Positions 60,529-64,000 of a DNA stretch of 64,000 nt are shown here, piece after piece. The notes below the pieces were generated by a model. It did not search any database. It was not told the origin of the DNA and saw only the letters and a list, made by a program, of their open reading frames with translations. Source of the stretch: Nematocida ausubeli (lineage: Eukaryota); assembly GCF_000738915.1 (NCBI RefSeq), contig NW_026515634.1, positions 124,001 to 188,000 on the forward strand. The letters run 5' to 3'. A program made the translations under genes and the position numbers. Position 1 is the first letter of the stretch; each line of letters opens with the position of its first letter.

Positions 60529-61426
60529 GGCTGGGTAGCCGTGTAGTGCATATCTGCAATATACCTTAATAAAGATTTGCATTGTAGTTAGAAGCTCTTC
60601 ACGCAAGTATATTTTTTCTTTAGAAAGAATTATTCTGTACAAAGTATTTTGTGCAGGCCACTATACAAGCTATGCTGGCTTCTATTGTATGGAGTAGCTT
60701 GCTTTTTTAGAAGGCTTTTCTTTTATATACGCATAAATATCAAGTAAAAGAAAGAAGTAGTGTTTTTATTTAGACAAAATGGACAGAGCGAGTATTTGAA
60801 ACATTGAAATGATTCTTCTGCTATCAACTACACACGAAATAGTGTAGACAAGAGGTCTTTCAAAAAAGATCATCTTGCATAAGTAAATATATATGGACGA
60901 GCATAAAGGTATGCTCTGTAATATATACATTGATATTTATCGCAAAATTACATGATGCAATGGATGGAGAAAGGATGTAGTCAAGAGAAAAAAGCATAAG
61001 AGCTTAGTTTATAATTTGCAGAAGATTGAGAAATCTGCCAAACAGCTTTGTATTCTATGCAGAGTTTATTTTCTGGAATGCATTTTCTTTCCATAATAAA
61101 AATGACTATTTGTTTAGTCCCCATGCATATGTATGCATAGTTCTTTAAATGGAAAGATGTGCAGGTAAATTTATGAATTTCATTCATCAAGTGGTTTATC
61201 GGTAAGTGTGAAGTCAAAATGATCCCAGAAGCAATTATATATAGATAGCGCGGCAAAATTATATTATTGACATCAGGGTATATAAAATACGAATAGTATA
61301 AAGAGGGAGTTATATGCAGTAGTGCCAATCACATAGAATAAATAGATTTATCGCGCCAGGGTTCCCTCTAGCGAGTATTTTATTTGGGGGCTGTGTATCT
61401 GTAATATATATGTGTTTTTATTTCTT

Positions 61427-61771
61427 CTATGCATCTGGTATAATCTCAATGTAGTGGGAGCACGTCATGCACTCCACAGGGCCAATCTGATCGGTATCTG
61501 TGTAGATAGTTCCACACCGGCATTTTACATCCTTGGCATTACTTATTTCAACAACCAAGTATGGAAGGCTGTCCCAGTCAACATTTGTCTGCTGGATGTG
61601 AGGGGTAACGAGAATCTTTGCATATGCCTCCTTTATTCGAATAAACTCGGCATCTGTGTCATGCCGTGTCATGTCTGGGTGGGTCTTTTTTACTCCCTGT
61701 ATGTATGCTCTTTTAATTTCTTTTTGCGAGGACTCTTTTGAAACGCCCAGTACAACATACGGACACTCCAT
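61427..61771 (-). CDS. DPH4: J-domain + CSL zinc-finger protein (Dph4/Jjj3-like)
   Basis: PYVVLGV, HPD, CRCG...CMTCS. Confidence 0.8.
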   Translation of the reverse strand: MECPYVVLGVSKESSQKEIKRAYIQGVKKTHPDMTRHDTDAEFIRIKEAYAKILVTPHIQQTNVDWDSLPYLVVEISNAKDVKCRCGTIYTDTDQIGPVECMTCSHYIEIIPDA

Positions 61772-61887
61772 GATTGAAAAAATTGTTTGTTTGTTTGTTT
61801 ACTATTGAGTAATTCCTATGCAATGCACTAAGACACATGAAACATTGCAAGAGAGTAGAGTATATAAGGAAGTGAGACAGGGACCAT

Positions 61888-62652
61888 ATGAAAGTCATTT
61901 GTTTGGTCATGCTAATATTGGCTTCTGTCGCGAGGTGCTATTTGGAGCAGGAAATGAGTGAGAATAGATTTCTGACTACAGTTCCTTTAAAGACATTCTT
62001 CTTTATGAGAAGGCTTTCTCCATACAGCAGCAAGCTGGACAGGCCACTGCCAATGGGAGCGCACAAAAGAATTGATTCCGAGGAGAAGTTTTCACCATTC
62101 CATTCTGTTTTTGTTATAAGGAAGCAGAAGAGCCTTGGCGAGCCTATTCACTCTCTTTCAGAGAGACTAGAGCACGGAAGAGCTGAAAGAATGGAGTCAG
62201 CAGAGTCCTTTATCAAAGACTTCTTGGTTTCGCACATGCAGCATCTGAACAGCTTTGAAAGGCCCAACCAGTTCAACACGGAGAAGATATATAACGATAT
62301 CTACAATAAGAAGAACTATCCAGGGCACAGACACAGCAAGAGACCTGCTCTGCCCAGCAAAGAAATACTTGGAGACGAGATTGATGCCATTATTGCGAAT
62401 GCAGCAAAAGAAATCACCCCAAATCTAGAAGAAAATGAGAACGAGAATGCATCATTCAAAAAGAGCATTAGAAGAACAAGAAGGGACGTTGGAAAGAATC
62501 TCAAGAATGCACGCAGCACCATTGAAAAGAAAGTTAAGATTAATTGGCTTACCATTCTTATTTTCGTTATAATTGGAGTGATTTCTGGATTTGCAGGGTA
62601 CTCACTTCGAGGAAGAACATCAACTGAGCACTATGTTCCATTAGAAAAATAG
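61888..62652 (+). CDS. Orphan type-I membrane protein (signal peptide + C-terminal TM)
   Basis: MKVICLVMLILASVARC signal; WLTILIFVIIGVISGFAGY TM; short tail ending YVPLEK. Confidence 0.8.
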   Translation: MKVICLVMLILASVARCYLEQEMSENRFLTTVPLKTFFFMRRLSPYSSKLDRPLPMGAHKRIDSEEKFSPFHSVFVIRKQKSLGEPIHSLSERLEHGRAERMESAESFIKDFLVSHMQHLNSFERPNQFNTEKIYNDIYNKKNYPGHRHSKRPALPSKEILGDEIDAIIANAAKEITPNLEENENENASFKKSIRRTRRDVGKNLKNARSTIEKKVKINWLTILIFVIIGVISGFAGYSLRGRTSTEHYVPLEK

Positions 62653-63384
62653 TCTGTATACATGATATAACCATAATTGAGTTAATTAGCAAGCATGCTG
62701 AGGAGGATGCAGGTATATATATATACTTGGTAGAAGCGCATAGGGGCGCAGTGCCATATTCACAGGGGTGAAGAAGGCAGCAAGCATACAGATAAATAAA
62801 TCTATAGTGAACATATTTAATATTTAAGCTTATGCGCCGTATTCCTAGGAATAGCATAGAATGGAATAAGACAGTATTCTTCAGTCTAGATGACAATACT
62901 GAGAGGGTATCTAAGAAGCACTCCAGCTTTGATCCAAGATAAACAAAATTAAGCAGGCTTCCATCAAGCTGCAGTTTACCGAATACATACAAACTATCTG
63001 TACATGCATGCTTAATACATGCTTTTGTAAAATAGTACAAGAAAAGACTAACTTTCATATCTGCTGAATGCAGAAGAAAAGCAACAGATGCTCTGCGCCT
63101 GATTTACTCCAATAAATGCCTATTTAGACAGAATATAAATAGCTCCTGCTGTTTCATCCACTACGCACATACATAAACACGGCTGAAGATTCGCAGAGGG
63201 CATAGAAAATGCATTATATATTTTCTACAATAGTGAATGTGCTGTTTTATATATGCGCACAAGTTTGCATATATAGCGCATGTTTCCAGCCCGCTCTTTT
63301 CACTAGAGCGATTTGTGCAGTACCTTACTTTGAAACTTTTCAAGGTAAAAATTAAATGATTGTTGATGTAAATAAAGAAATAGA

Positions 63385-64000
63385 ATGGTAGTGCAGGAGA
63401 AATTACAGAGCGTACAAGTTATTTCAGGGGAGGTACAGAGAAAGGTGCGGGACTGGGAGATTCAGATTATTGCAAACAGTGCAGGAAAACACCTCCGCTC
63501 TCTCTGCGACACCTATTTTAGAATAGAAGAGTCTTCGCTTAAAGATGAGCTAAGAGAGAGGATTTTGCGAAGAGAGGCTTTTTCTGAGAATACAATTTAC
63601 ACAGCATACACAAAAGAAAAAGAGGAGGAAGTATCCAGTGTAAACAAGCAAGAGGAAGAAAGTCTGCCAGAAAAGAAGGAAGACAAGTTGGTTTCCCTTT
63701 CTGTAGAAGAGCTCGATAAAATTGAGCCTTTTTCCCACAAGGGATGCGAGATTGTAGAAGTGCATGAAAAAGACCCTGTTTCAAATGGCAGCAATGGAGA
63801 CATAGAGGCCAAAATGCAAATTGCAAGGGAGCTACGGAAGCAAATAATGGAGAAGAGCATATATATAATTGACATGGATGCGCTTGAAAAGCTACACTGG
63901 CAAGACATCATAAGCTATTTGCTTGATGTGGTAAAGACCACGGGATACATGCCAGCTGTTGCTAATCGCAAGCAACATCGAAATCTTGTTTGCTTCAACT
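63385..64000 (+). CDS. Hypothetical protein, truncated by window end
   Basis: Open frame from ATG 63385 (MVVQEKLQSVQVISGEVQRKVRDWEIQ...) with no stop before 64000; absent from the ORF track. Confidence 0.75.
   Translation, partial: MVVQEKLQSVQVISGEVQRKVRDWEIQIIANSAGKHLRSLCDTYFRIEESSLKDELRERILRREAFSENTIYTAYTKEKEEEVSSVNKQEEESLPEKKEDKLVSLSVEELDKIEPFSHKGCEIVEVHEKDPVSNGSNGDIEAKMQIARELRKQIMEKSIYIIDMDALEKLHWQDIISYLLDVVKTTGYMPAVANRKQHRNLVCFN

Noticed and set aside
1425..63911. Numerous antisense or nested ORFs in the six-frame track
   Set aside because: They are shadows of well-supported genes on the opposite strand or in another frame and carry no recognisable motifs
1..64000. CRISPR arrays, rRNA genes, intact transposons, spliceosomal introns
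   Set aside because: No regularly spaced direct repeats, rRNA sequence or RT/transposase ORFs seen, and no gene model needed an intron

Overview
Gene-dense eukaryotic DNA with no evident introns, very short intergenic spacers and several overlapping start/stop codons. Gene content and architecture point to a microsporidian parasite, most resembling Nematocida (inference). About 40 CDS are supported: housekeeping, cell-cycle and DNA-repair genes (DPM1, RPB10, NBP35, myosin RLC, PKA-R, BRCA2-like, EME1-like, VPS74, DSK2, NUP53, ESC2/Rad60-like, MOT1, CDC20/CDH1, HAP2, BUB1-like, RPS9, RPL21, BRR6/BRL1, DDX60-like, PITP, RAD17/24, Gti1/Pac2, DPH4) plus several orphan secreted or membrane proteins. 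There are two tRNAs (Leu-TAA, Glu-TTC). The most notable signals the ORF track does not show are: (1) a compact cluster of three box C/D snoRNAs whose guides match LSU rRNA sites of yeast snR78, snR75 and snR73, in the yeast cluster order; (2) a ~180-nt multi-stem, possibly pseudoknotted element next to it; (3) a promoter class (TATA box 20-23 nt before the ATG, often with forkhead-type sites) shared by five orphan secreted/membrane genes and one dead gene; (4) a pair of diverged inverted pseudogene fragments; (5) a RADX-like OB-fold protein. All calls come from motif recognition by eye; no database search was run.
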